This document shows, piece after piece, positions 24,872 to 35,541 of a stretch of 64,000 nucleotides of DNA. Source of the stretch: Curvularia clavata (lineage: Eukaryota); NCBI GenBank assembly GCA_023920165.1, contig CP089278.1:310001-374000 (forward strand), in the 5' to 3' direction. Position numbers and translations under genes: made by a program. The first letter of the stretch is position 1, and each line of letters starts with the position of its first letter. Below the pieces are notes generated by a model. That model was given only the letters and a program-made list of their open reading frames with translations, ran no database searches and was not told the DNA's origin.

Positions 24872-27516
24872 CTAGAAATCCTGATCCCCGCTTCCGGCAA
24901 TGATTACATTGTTGACCTGTGAGTTGCGTTAGTCGTGCTGTGACATAGAAAAATGATGCAAAACTATCAATGGCTCTGATGCCAGTGAAGACGAACACGG
25001 GTAACACAGCCGACGTTGTATTCGTCGCATGTAACCGCGAGTACAAGCATGCATGCAGCACTTGTGCGACCCCCCAATCTTGCTTCCCCGCTTCCCCGAC
25101 ATTGCGCTTGAGTCAAAGCGGTAGTGCAAGGGAAACCCGGAGAAAAGCAAAGTTGCACAGGCCGAAGAAGAACAAAGAAGGTTTGTCGGAGAGGGATTCC
25201 GGGGTATGTTACGAAACACCAAAAGTTACAATACGCACCTTGAGTACCATGCGGCACAACTGTGTAGCGAGCAGGAGCTGCTGTCGCTTCGAGATCAGGG
25301 GATCGATAACAAAGTGCTCCTTCATATCTGCAGACGCCACGTTAGTCATGATCCTGGATATCGAATGGCTAACACGGCCCACGCCACTGTGAATAGAAGT
25401 GACAACAGGGTGCGGAAGTTTCAGATGACCCTTCTTGTCTCCACCTGTCGTGGTATCATGCCAGCGCAGCAGTCGCCGCGTGGGGAATCATACCACCCCA
25501 CCCCCACAGTGGCGTCCGTGGAGTTTGATGCCTGCGCAAAACATCCCCCACCAAACACCATGGGTCATTCAGGCTTCAACTGAGTAGCGGTGAAGACCGA
25601 AGAAAGCAGGTGCTGCTGAAACGAGTGGAGTGCATTGATTACGACAAACACTAGAGAAGGAGCACTTACCATTGGAGCCTGTCTGCATGCAGTCGACACC
25701 TAATCTGTAGTTCTTTTCCTTGGCTTGTCGGGACTTGATGTTGGCAAGCGTTTCGATTGGGCTCAGACCGGAGTTCTCGGCCAATGCCATGGGTACTGCA
25801 TCAAGGGCGTCGGCAAAAGCACGCATGGCGTACTGCTCGAGACCGGGGCTCTGCCAAAACGTTAGTTCCTAATAATATCTAGTAAGCGAAGCTTGTTTAC
25901 CTTTACTGCGGCATCTTCGACGGCAAGCGAGCATGCTACTTCAGCAGCACCTCCACCATAGACGATGCGGTTGTCTCGCACCAGGTTACGGACGACGCAG
26001 AGAGCATCGTGCAGTGACCGCTTGGCCTCGTCGATGAGCATCTTGTTGCTACCACGGACAAAGACTGTGACGGCTCTTGTGTTTGCACATTCCTCGATGA
26101 CCAGCATCTTGTCTCTTGTAGTTCCAAATGTCAATTCGCGAACAATGCCCGCAGTTCCTAGCTTCTCCGCGCTGAGATCCTCGAATCTTGGTACGATGCG
26201 GCCGTTGGTCGCAATGGCAATCAACTCAATCTCGGGACCTCCTACCCATCGCACAGCGGGGAGCTGGTTTGTAAGAAGAAGGTGGTTTGCCTCGTCATCG
26301 AAACCCCATTGACATATTACTACGTTGGCGCCAGTGTTCTTGATCTGCTCAATCATCTCGGTGAACTTGCTCGATTCGTAGGTCTGCAACTTCTTGAACT
26401 CGTCCACACTGGTAATGTCGAGCTTGTGCTTGGTCTTGGGCTTAGGGGGCTCGAATGCGCAAGTCAAGATGGCGAGTTTGGCGTCCTTGACCTCCGAAGG
26501 CATCTGGGGGTGGGAGAAGTCCTTGTCTATTATGACACCCTTGACGAGAAGTGTATCTTCCAGCGATCCACCGACCTTGCCATCGACCTTGATGAGCTCA
26601 AAGTCGACATCTTTCCGTTCCAGATCTGCTACCGACAGCACGGCGTCTACGGCAATGTTGGCGAACTGGTCGTGTGCTTTTGAAACAATCTTGCTGCCCA
26701 AACTGGTCTTTGCCACCCTGAATAGCTCTTCGGTGTTTTCCCGGGAGAAGTTGATCTCATCGCTGACCTCGTCCAGCTTGGCCACGGCGACCTCACACGC
26801 TTGGTCGTAGCCGTCTGCTATCCGAATGGGGTGGATGCCCTTGTCAATGAGGGCGGCAGCTTGTTCGAGGAGAGCTCCTGCCAACACTACGACACCTGTT
26901 GTTCCGTCACCAATCTCGTCATCCTGGGACTTTGACAGCTCGACTAGCAGCTTTGCAACGTGGTTGGAGATTTCCATCTGAGAGAGGATCGTAGCGCCGT
27001 CGTTGGTAACGGTAATGTCTCCGTCGGGCGAAATAAGGATCTTGTCTAGTCCTCGAGGTCCCTATAGCCCATTAGTTCACGTCTGAACTGTCTGCATCCC
27101 TATGATTACTGCGCACCAGAGAACTCTTGACAATGTTGGCGACCGTCTTCGCGGCCAGAATGTGGGACTTGACAGCTTCGTTGCCATGTTGTCTCTGCTT
27201 CCTGCCTTGACTATTCCACGTATTAGTCCCAGTGTATTCGCAAAAGCCTTCCAATCCAATATTCAATGCTCCACGTACTCTCTAACAATGATGAATGGCC
27301 TGCCCGCCTCATCTTTCATCACCTGTGCTGAAACCCATGGCGTTAGTCGCTGAGTTTGGAGGTTCGGAGGGACGGTGGTTTGGCAATAGGCCTGGAGTCA
27401 TACCGTTGGATAGATCGACCTCTGTAGTCACCAGGGTTAGTGTATGTTCGCTAGTAAAGTTGGTTACAAAGAGTGAATTGAAGCTCTTGCAGCCTGCACA
27501 ACTTACGCATTGCCAT
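24872..27516 (-). CDS. CCT5: T-complex protein 1 subunit epsilon (chaperonin CCT/TRiC)
   Basis: Multi-exon gene: [141 protein letters not shown]. These motifs are epsilon-specific. The last two introns are 25328-25669 and 24917-25238. Confidence 0.97.
25014..25155 (-). ncRNA. Candidate intronic H/ACA-like snoRNA in last CCT5 intron
   Basis: Two hairpins. The second (GUCGCA..pocket..UGCGAC) is followed by GAAU-ACA, with ACA 14 nt from the pocket top. No canonical ANANNA box (AGAUUG instead). Confidence 0.4.
25372..25580 (-). ncRNA. Candidate structured intronic RNA in penultimate CCT5 intron
   Basis: Perfect 11-bp inverted repeat ACGCCACTGTG/CACAGTGGCGT, GTGGTAT/ATACCAC hairpin followed by ACA, and ATGACCC/GGGTCAT pairing, all within a 342-nt intron. 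Confidence 0.4.
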
Positions 27517-27896
27517 GGTGATACAGCAGCTGGCTCACAAAGCCCTTTTTTCGAGTCTTTGCAAGGAGCTAGAATTTAGAAGTACACACGAGAAGAGTCG
27601 CGGGTATGTTAGCAGTGAGGGGTGGTGGGGTTATCCAAACAGCTCGCATGTCTCTTGAAATTTCCCCGGTCAGGGCTTGGCATGGGCGCGCACGGCCGCC
27701 CGTCGCGAACGCGTGCGCCTCATCCGCTGCTCGGCCTTCGGATGGGTACCGCATTTTACCTTTGCGCATTGCCTGGCCACAACACCTGCCCAACGTTGTC
27801 CGCTATTGCTCACAGCCGGCTGCTCTCACGCAGATTGTCTTGAACTTTGTACGGCCATCCGCATTCCCGCACCATCTCTAGCGATCACAGAACACC

Positions 27897-28900
27897 ATGC
27901 CGCGTGAGTTGCGCCAACCCACTTGCCTGGTCACTACTCTACTAGGCGTGGATTTCAGTAACTGACTTTTGCATAGCTGCACTCAGCGACAACGAGTCTT
28001 CGGGATCCGAGGATGTGCCCTCGAGGGGGAAGGGAAAGCAGCCAGTAGCTAAACCAGCGCCGAGAGACGACGAAGACGAAGATGACGACGACAGCGAGGT
28101 CGCAGAGGACGAGTACGCGCATACCAGTCTGCCCCGCATCGCCTTGCGCTGACGATGCGACAGATATGTGGTCGAGGCGATCCGCGGTCATCGCTTTTAT
28201 AAGGTGGGCAACATGGTCCGTCGCAGATTCGCAGCACTGACAGCGACAGGGTGTTCTGCAACTCGATGTCAAATGGGAAGGATACGACGATCCCAAGGAC
28301 CGAACCTGGGAGACGGAAGACAACATGTATGCCGCAGCTAGTTTTGCTTGGTCGAGCCAACGTTGACCAAATGCAGGGAGGGAGCTATTGATGTCTTGAA
28401 CGAATACTTTGCCAAAATTGGCGGTCGCCCTGAGCCAAAGGGCCAGAAGCGCAAGGGACGACCATCACTCTCAGCCGCCAAATCCGGATCGGAGACTCCT
28501 TCGACAAGCACTAAGCGTGCGAAACAAGAAAAGGCTCCGAAGGTAGACAAGGCCCCGAAAGTAGAGAAGGCATCATGGAGCCCGCCACCGGGTTCATGGG
28601 AACACGACGTCAGCTACGTCGACACAGTCGAGGAAATGCGCGACCCTAAGACGGGCAAGCTGGGCAAATTCGCCTACCTCGTCTGGAACGAGGGGCAAAA
28701 GACACAACATCCTCTCAAGCACGTTTACCAAAAATGTCCTCAGAAGGTATCTTCTTCGTGCCACCGAGTGATACGAAGCCTTGCTAACCCCCCGGCAGAT
28801 GCTGCACTACTACGAAAGCCACCTCGTCTTTACAGACACTAGCAACATGGCCCCGAATGGTGACCACGATACAGATGCCTTTGGAAAGACCGAGGATTAA
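27897..28900 (+). CDS. HP1: Heterochromatin protein 1 (chromodomain + chromoshadow domain; Swi6/HepA/hpo ortholog)
   Basis: Six exons (27897-27903, 27977-28112, 28164-28203, 28250-28326, 28377-28746, 28799-28900). Acidic N-terminus; chromodomain EYVVEAIRGHRF..DVKWEGYDDPKDRTWETEDNM with Y/W/Y cage; basic hinge; shadow domain GSWEHDVSYVDTVE..YLVWNEG..YQKCPQKMLHYYESHLVF. Confidence 0.93.
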
Positions 28901-30107
28901 CTTGCATCAAGATGAATAGAATACGCAGTCGAGCACGCTGCCTACCCTCCACTATCACGCTACGCTGCTGGGTGACTCTGCTTCGCAGATGCTTCTCGAA
29001 GACATGCTCCCCAAGCCCAGCTCTCCTATCGTGCGCAACACTTGACTGCACAAGAGATCAACTCTCGAACCGTATCCCCAACCATTCTCGACGGAATCGA
29101 TTCTCCTGTCTCCGCTGTTCTGGCAGCTCTCTCTTGGAAATCCTTACCACGCATAATCTTTGACAGCGTGGGGGTTGATCTTATTTTGTCATTTTGTCTA
29201 TTCACCTGCGTTGGGATGGCACGGCGCACGCAAGGGACGAATCATGGCATAGAATTATCTCTTTTTGCTTTCTTTGGAAAAGTTTACTTGGGTTATAAGA
29301 GAGGGCTCTTTTGCATCTATGTGGGCGTGAATACGGCGCAGTTTGGATGCCGCTTTACTTTGGGTAGGCGGAGGGTCTTTTTTATTGTACTTTTGTACTT
29401 ATCAATACCGATATCAGGATTTCAAATAAGACTTCGTCTTGTTGAATGAATGAGAAACCAGACACAGTGCATAGGGATGTCTGCTATATGGGTCAAAATA
29501 CCCATACAACGGCAATTGCTGTGGACGAAGCATCAAGACTCAGTCGTCTGTTAGTCACACGCAGTTGCACTCAATTATTCGATTTAATCATATTCGATTT
29601 CAATTCCAATGCTCTCTCATAACACAACGCAACCATCAAAAACGTTTCGGGTATATGTATCTCCCCTCCTTTCATGGTCCTATAACATTCCGACCATATA
29701 AACTCTTTTTCTTTTCCAACCCCATTATTCATCTTCATGTAAACATCTCGTAAACGATTCCTTTGCGTAAGACTACCGCGTAGCCCGTATGTTCCCAGGC
29801 AAGTCGCCTAAAAAAAACATAAGATAGATCCAATAAACGCCCAAGCCCATGCAAATGCAAGCCAAAATGTGGCAGTCGCAGACAGACAAAAAAAAGAAAT
29901 CATTCCCCGCATCTCCACATCTTGCTGCGTGCGTCGTTTATATGTCGTTGATCAAATATACACGTTTCCGCTCGTTCGTTTCGTGCATGTCGCCTCTCCC
30001 TACCCGCGCTCCCCTATACCAGCACTACAGCAGTGGTAGGTAGGATGGCGCAGGCGAAAGGATAGAGGGTAGAAAAAAAGGGACAAGGTGGCTTCTCACG
30101 TCCTCAA

Positions 30108-30251
30108 TTACGCCTCAGTCATGTCTGAGACAGAGGACGCGGTGCCGCCGACAGCCATGCGTGTTTGCAGGTAGTAGATGCCGTAAGCGATTGCGGCAAT
30201 TAGGATGAAGAGGATGAGGATGATGAGGAAGATGACGATGTTGCGCTGCAT
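30108..30251 (-). CDS. 47-aa single-pass membrane microprotein (MQRNIVIFLIILILFILIAAIAYGIYYLQTRMAVGGTASSVSDMTEA)
   Basis: Strong start context ACCGCCAAAATG, C-ending codon bias, ~23-residue hydrophobic helix, and a canonical 5'UTR intron at 30354-30459 (GTAAAA..GCTAAC..CAG). Below the ORF-track length cutoff. Confidence 0.7.
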   Translation of the reverse strand: MQRNIVIFLIILILFILIAAIAYGIYYLQTRMAVGGTASSVSDMTEA

Positions 30252-31340
30252 TTTGGCGGTATTGGTCGGCTCGTTGGGAGAAGAGTGAGTTGTTGTGAGA
30301 GAGAAAAAGACGGTGTGGGTGTTGTTGAAGGCGGAAGTCGGTGTATAGAAATGCTGCGGAGGTTGTTAGCGAAACGTGCTTCAGATTCTCTTGACGGAAA
30401 ATAGAAAAATGTATGCGCACTGCGTGGTTTGGCTTCTTCTCCTTCTTCTTCTCTTTTACTGCGCTTGAAAAGTGCGAGAGAATTGATGTCGGAATGGAAG
30501 AGAGAGCGGGTTGTTTTGGTCTCGATTGACAACGCAGCAAAGGTATGGGTCCAAGCTTAGTCTAACGTGTGTTGAGATGCTAATCACCAACAAGCACAGA
30601 GTGTAAATATGCTGAAAGTGGATTGAGCGACAGGAGGGTCAAAGTGGAATATCTTGGTGTAATGAGAAGTTTTCCAGGACCATGGAAGTAGGTGGCATGC
30701 CGCTACTTTTGTACAGAAGTGGTGGGGTGCGTGCACGTCAAGGTGGTTGGGGGCGCGGCCATGGCTCGGAGGCTGGGGAACACCGCGTGGCTGGCTACCC
30801 AGGTTCTGGCGAGGCTGGTCCCGAAACCTACCAAAGCTGAAAAAAAGATAATGTTGGGAGATTTGGTGGCGGTGGGTGACGTTGCAGAAAGGTATGATAC
30901 TTGGTTTTTTCGCTCTTTGGTCGCCTTGAATGTGGTAGTCAGGAACAGGGTGCGCGTGTCCGGCGCGGGGTGATGCGCGGTCACGTGTCGGGGCTTGGCG
31001 CGTTCTGTGTAAGCTACCAGCTATAACTACTATGAGTACGGTCTTCCGGGCGCCGACGTTGAAGCGCAATTCACCAATGGAAAGACTATGGGTCATTGCG
31101 ATACGAAATCTTTCAAGAAGAGCTCTTGGAATCCTGCATATTCACAAATCCAGTCAATTGCGACGAGAGGGTATACATACAGCCACCTGCGCGTTCTAAC
31201 CACCACTCTACTCTACCTCCCGAGACACTGTAAACCTCCGTCTTGCATCCTCCAAATAACACCACCAACTCCATCATTTTACAAACATGTAGCCGCATTG
31301 CACATGTGATTCGAAGAACAAGAATCTAGTAAAGAATAAC

Positions 31341-33209
31341 CTACTGATAAAACTTCCACTCTACCTTTTTGCACTCCCACTCCTTCTTGGCCTTGTCTAT
31401 CCTGTCAGTCATCCACCCACTCTTCCACCGCCCGTCTCCAACAATACCACCCAGCCGTATCACCTTGCCAAGGTGACACTCTCCGTCTCCGTCTCGCAAG
31501 TATCGCCATTGCATGCAATTCTCAACTTCTTCGCACGTCTTTCGGCACGCGTCGACGCTATCAGCGGCGTTGGGATACCTTCCTGGGATCTTGTCCCAAT
31601 TGGGCGGTTCTTTCTTGTCTTCTCGTCTTTGGGGTTGCGTCCCATGGGTGCCGGGAGCCTGGAGAATGTCGTCCTTGTGCTCCTTCATTAGGTCTTCCTT
31701 CTTCGGTTCATCCTGCCATTGGGGATGTGCTTCTGCTTCTTTGAGCGCTTCTTGCTTCCTCCGCTCCTCTTCGTCTTGCTGCTGCTTGGACTTCTGTGCC
31801 TCGTCTTTGATCTGCTGCTGTCTGCCCTTTGGCGCGGTAATCTTAGCATCCTCGCTCATGTTATCCCAGTCGTCCTTTTGCGTATCAATGTGCGGTACCA
31901 AGTGATCCTGGAATGCGTCGCGGAATAGATACGGTGTCTTCCAGTCCTTCTCACTGGTCCATTTCTTCTCGAGTTCCCATTGCCAATTGAGCTGCTCTGC
32001 ATTACCCCCATGCCACGAAATCGCCGGAGCGCACCAAACTCTTTTAGTATAGTCAAGACTGTTTGGCTGCTCGGTCTGGAGAAGAGGCCAAGAAGAGTAC
32101 AGTTCGACATGTGCGTCTGCCATAGCCCTTGCCAACATGAGGTCTCCGCAACACTCTTTGTCAGTGGCTGGTTCCCACTTGCTTTTGTACACCTCATCAT
32201 AAGATTTGGCAAATCTCCGCAGGGCGCCTTGAGAAATCATGATGCCTGGAGTGCGCTGGGCCGACTGAGTGCCAGAAATAAAAGCGGGAGCTCCGCTGTA
32301 GTAAGGAATCCGGTAGTCCAGTCTGCCGAGCCATTGCAATAAGTTGGTCCAACTCAGAGCAGTATCCTCCTCGATGAAGACCATGAACCTAGCATTTGGG
32401 TTCATTTGATATGCCTGGTATACCATTGGGAGCATCTTCCACTTGTCCAACGCTTTCAGCTTTGCCGCATCTGGCTTGTGTCCGGCATCCGCGCGCATGA
32501 CTTGGTATTCTTGGAATTGTTCGTTCATAAGCCTAACGTCGTGGCTAACAACGCTCAGTGCATCGTAAACTTTGTGGCCCTCAAACTCGCCCTCGTGGTC
32601 GCTGAAGATGGCAAAGGTGGGTACGCAGGAAAGCAGGGTCTGGAGTTGCGTCTTGACTTTTCCAATGTCAGCCTTTGATGTCTTCAGAACCACCATGACG
32701 TGCTCCGCCTGCGCAAGATTTCGACAGTGCTCCGCCACAACTTGCGTCGACGGAGGCGGAATGGCGACCGCGGTAGGTTCATATATCGCATTATCATCGG
32801 CGCTCTTTGGGGCAGCGATTGTGTGGGTGAGGAGTGTAGAGGGTGCAGCAGGCGCGTTGCCCTCCTTGGGCTTCTCCTTGTCCTCCCATCGTCCACCGTC
32901 CTTTTCAAACTCGGCCACGCCGGTTATGGTAGGAGAAGGAGCTGCCTGTTCCTTTGCACTTTGTTTCGCCTTGTCGTCCCATCGATGGTCATCTTCCTTG
33001 ACAGGTCGATCTCCTGTAATTGTCGCGTGTGTCTCGAGCGCAGGTGGCGGGATGATCGGGTCGGTGTGTACGTTCTTGTGCTCATAGTGGTCTATGACAG
33101 GAACCTCTGGCTGACCAGACTGGACCGGAAGCCCGAACGTCCATAGGAAGGTCAAGAGCGAGAAGGCGACGGCGATGATGGCGAGCCGGGAGGGGGTAAC
33201 GACCGGCAT
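31341..33209 (-). CDS. Glycosyltransferase family 31 (Fringe/core-1 galactosyltransferase-like), type II membrane protein
   Basis: Intronless 622-aa ORF with N-terminal TM anchor, VMVVLKTS, LDKWKMLPMV, FMVFIEEDT (DxD-equivalent), CCGDLMLARA, WCAPAISWH, and a C-terminal Cys-rich CRKTCEEVENCMQW..C module. Confidence 0.8.
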   Translation of the reverse strand: MPVVTPSRLAIIAVAFSLLTFLWTFGLPVQSGQPEVPVIDHYEHKNVHTDPIIPPPALETHATITGDRPVKEDDHRWDDKAKQSAKEQAAPSPTITGVAEFEKDGGRWEDKEKPKEGNAPAAPSTLLTHTIAAPKSADDNAIYEPTAVAIPPPSTQVVAEHCRNLAQAEHVMVVLKTSKADIGKVKTQLQTLLSCVPTFAIFSDHEGEFEGHKVYDALSVVSHDVRLMNEQFQEYQVMRADAGHKPDAAKLKALDKWKMLPMVYQAYQMNPNARFMVFIEEDTALSWTNLLQWLGRLDYRIPYYSGAPAFISGTQSAQRTPGIMISQGALRRFAKSYDEVYKSKWEPATDKECCGDLMLARAMADAHVELYSSWPLLQTEQPNSLDYTKRVWCAPAISWHGGNAEQLNWQWELEKKWTSEKDWKTPYLFRDAFQDHLVPHIDTQKDDWDNMSEDAKITAPKGRQQQIKDEAQKSKQQQDEEERRKQEALKEAEAHPQWQDEPKKEDLMKEHKDDILQAPGTHGTQPQRREDKKEPPNWDKIPGRYPNAADSVDACRKTCEEVENCMQWRYLRDGDGECHLGKVIRLGGIVGDGRWKSGWMTDRIDKAKKEWECKKVEWKFYQ

Positions 33210-33721
33210 CGCGAGGACAGGCGCTCAGCGGCCGGATGTCGAATGTTTGGTCTGTTGAGTGCGAAATTCAGTGCATTCGAGGGTTGTGTCGCATTCAAGG
33301 GGCAGACAGGGGCATCATGGCGGTGGTGATCGCCGGAGTCGCGAATGCCCCTCTGAGCGATGGTGCTAGGGACGGGTGCATGAGGCGGTGCCCTAGGCTA
33401 GTCGGCCCCTTGGCTGTGGCGCTCGGTCGCAATGGTGCACCTGCGCCATGTCTACTACAAGGACCGGCTGTCGTATTCGTAAAAAAAAACTTGCTAAATG
33501 TTTTAGCTTGTGTACACAGAACGTATCCTTGATTGAAAAGTAAACTTCACTCTTGCACTAAGTAGACATCCATAATACAAATGCTAGCGAAGACGGGACT
33601 TTGCCAAACCCCCCCTCTCTTTCATCAGCGATCGGCATATGTTAGCATTGAGCAGATGTCGAAACATGTCAGATTTTAGCTTCCGTCTCGACAAGAGAAT
33701 AGTTCGGCCAACGTCAATGTT

Positions 33722-34750
33722 TCAGTTCTCTTCCCATGTAAACTCCCCCGCCATCCATAACCTCATAACCCAGCACGCAACCAACAAGTCGCTTTTGCTC
33801 TTATTCCGCCTTACGCTGTCCATCATTTCCAGTATCCTGTTTTCATTCTCGAATCCAGTCCCAGACTTCCATCTCGCGAACCCTTCCCGAACCCAACTGC
33901 CAAGTCTACCATTCCCTTCCCGCCCAACAACCTCTCCTTCCGCATCCTCCCACACGCCCTTCTTGATGCAAAACAAAAGATGCTTTTCAGGCTCGCAGCT
34001 ACCTCGATAGTCGCAAGCCTGGTGTTGTGCCTGGCATCTAGTAACATGCCAGATTCGTGTCCACTGGCCACCCCACAAAGTCTTACCCGTCGTAAGCTGA
34101 ATGCTACCCTTCAGAGCACTTTCACTTTGTCCCTTCATCTCGTACTCTGAAATGCTGTACAATGTACTCTTTTCGTCATAGCGTATGCGTCGGCCTTGCG
34201 CTACATATCGCGCGGGTACGGAACACGAGCGTGTTTCGTGCGGATGAATTCGACGAATGTCAAGCCTTGATACTCTGCCGGTGCGGTCCAAGATGGGTTG
34301 TGTTTGATATTGCGGTAAGTTGCTTGATTGGGTTGCATATATGAAAGGCACTTGCAGTCTGAGGGTCTTTGCTTGCTCGTCCAGAGGTATTAATTCTGGT
34401 AGTATTTTTCGAGGTCCCTCTGTAGCCGCAGTCACCCGTGAAGCACGCTCGTAGATAGGAAATGTTTTTGATTTGACTATCTGACGACGGATTGGTGCTG
34501 TCGACTGCGATACAGAGACTGCCGGACTGAAAGGAGATGGGCTACTGTTTGGGCGGGCTGAGCTCGACCATGTGCTGGTAGGTGATATCGCTTCGTCTGA
34601 GACTACTTCTTCGCTCGTCTCACTCGCTCTCCGTAAAGCATCGAAAGGATTTTGCTCGTTTGCGTACACGTCGTTCTTCGATGGGCTGCAGTATGGTGAT
34701 AGTGCGATACCTTCGTCAGCTGGCGCAGAGTAATTTGGTAGCCTAAACAT
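33722..34750 (-). CDS. Hypothetical protein (342 aa)
   Basis: Long ORF with an S/P-rich N-terminus and a globular-looking C-terminus (LLFCIKKGVWEDAEG..DLLVACWVMRLW). No family recognised. Confidence 0.7.
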   Translation of the reverse strand: MFRLPNYSAPADEGIALSPYCSPSKNDVYANEQNPFDALRRASETSEEVVSDEAISPTSTWSSSARPNSSPSPFSPAVSVSQSTAPIRRQIVKSKTFPIYERASRVTAATEGPRKILPELIPLDEQAKTLRLQVPFIYATQSSNLPQYQTQPILDRTGRVSRLDIRRIHPHETRSCSVPARYVAQGRRIRYDEKSTLYSISEYEMKGQSESALKGSIQLTTGKTLWGGQWTRIWHVTRCQAQHQACDYRGSCEPEKHLLFCIKKGVWEDAEGEVVGREGNGRLGSWVREGFARWKSGTGFENENRILEMMDSVRRNKSKSDLLVACWVMRLWMAGEFTWEEN

Positions 34751-35541
34751 CTTCGGGTCCTTCGCAGTATGGCACAGAGTAATGACTGGCGGCTACATGG
34801 AAAGGGAGCACCCATCTATAAACTCGTCGACTCGGCATAGTCGTCCCGCATTCGGGCTATGTCAGGCACCGTGTTGACTCCAACCCAACCCAGCTGCGGG
34901 CGCATTATTGTGCATTCCGCGTGGACCACGTCGTGGCCCAAATGTAAAACTACAGCCGAGTAAGCCTTAGGTCCTCACAGGAATACTCGAAGCGATTGGA
35001 CAAAGTCGCACGGAACCGTCGGGTCAAGAGATCAGTAAGCGTATGAATAAGCGCTCAGCATGAACGAGCTACGCGCGGCTAGCAGCCAAGAGGTACCAAC
35101 ATGTGCCTAGGTACGCTAGAGATGTACGTTTGTAAATGAGAGCGCGGCCGGATTGGTTGTGGTGATTATAGTGAAATACGTTGCGTAGGCGGACGATGTT
35201 TTCTATGAAACAGTTCCTAGCTCCCGACACAATCGTGTTAGACCATACTTTGAGGTTACTGTAGCATTAATGCTATGCCCAGGTTTCGTTGCATTGTGGT
35301 GCGGAATCTGGCAGAAGAGCGTCAAGGACTTGTGCGTGAGTGGATAAGAGGAATCGATAAGAATGGTGGAGATTGGTGGTCTAGAACGAGAGAGGTAAGA
35401 TGTTTAGGCGCAGTGGAAGGATCCTAAGACTCGGACTGTGACCTTCGGCGCGGCCAAGACCTTCTATTAGCAAAGATGGATGCTAGGAACCGCTTGAGAA
35501 TTTTCTTCTTGAAACTTTTCCGCCTTTTTCCACGATTCCGA

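Noticed and set aside
25400..25600. TPP riboswitch, U3, SRP, RNase P/MRP or snR30 identity for the structured CCT5 intron
   Set aside because: The diagnostic conserved motifs of each were absent or mismatched by eye; left as an unclassified candidate.
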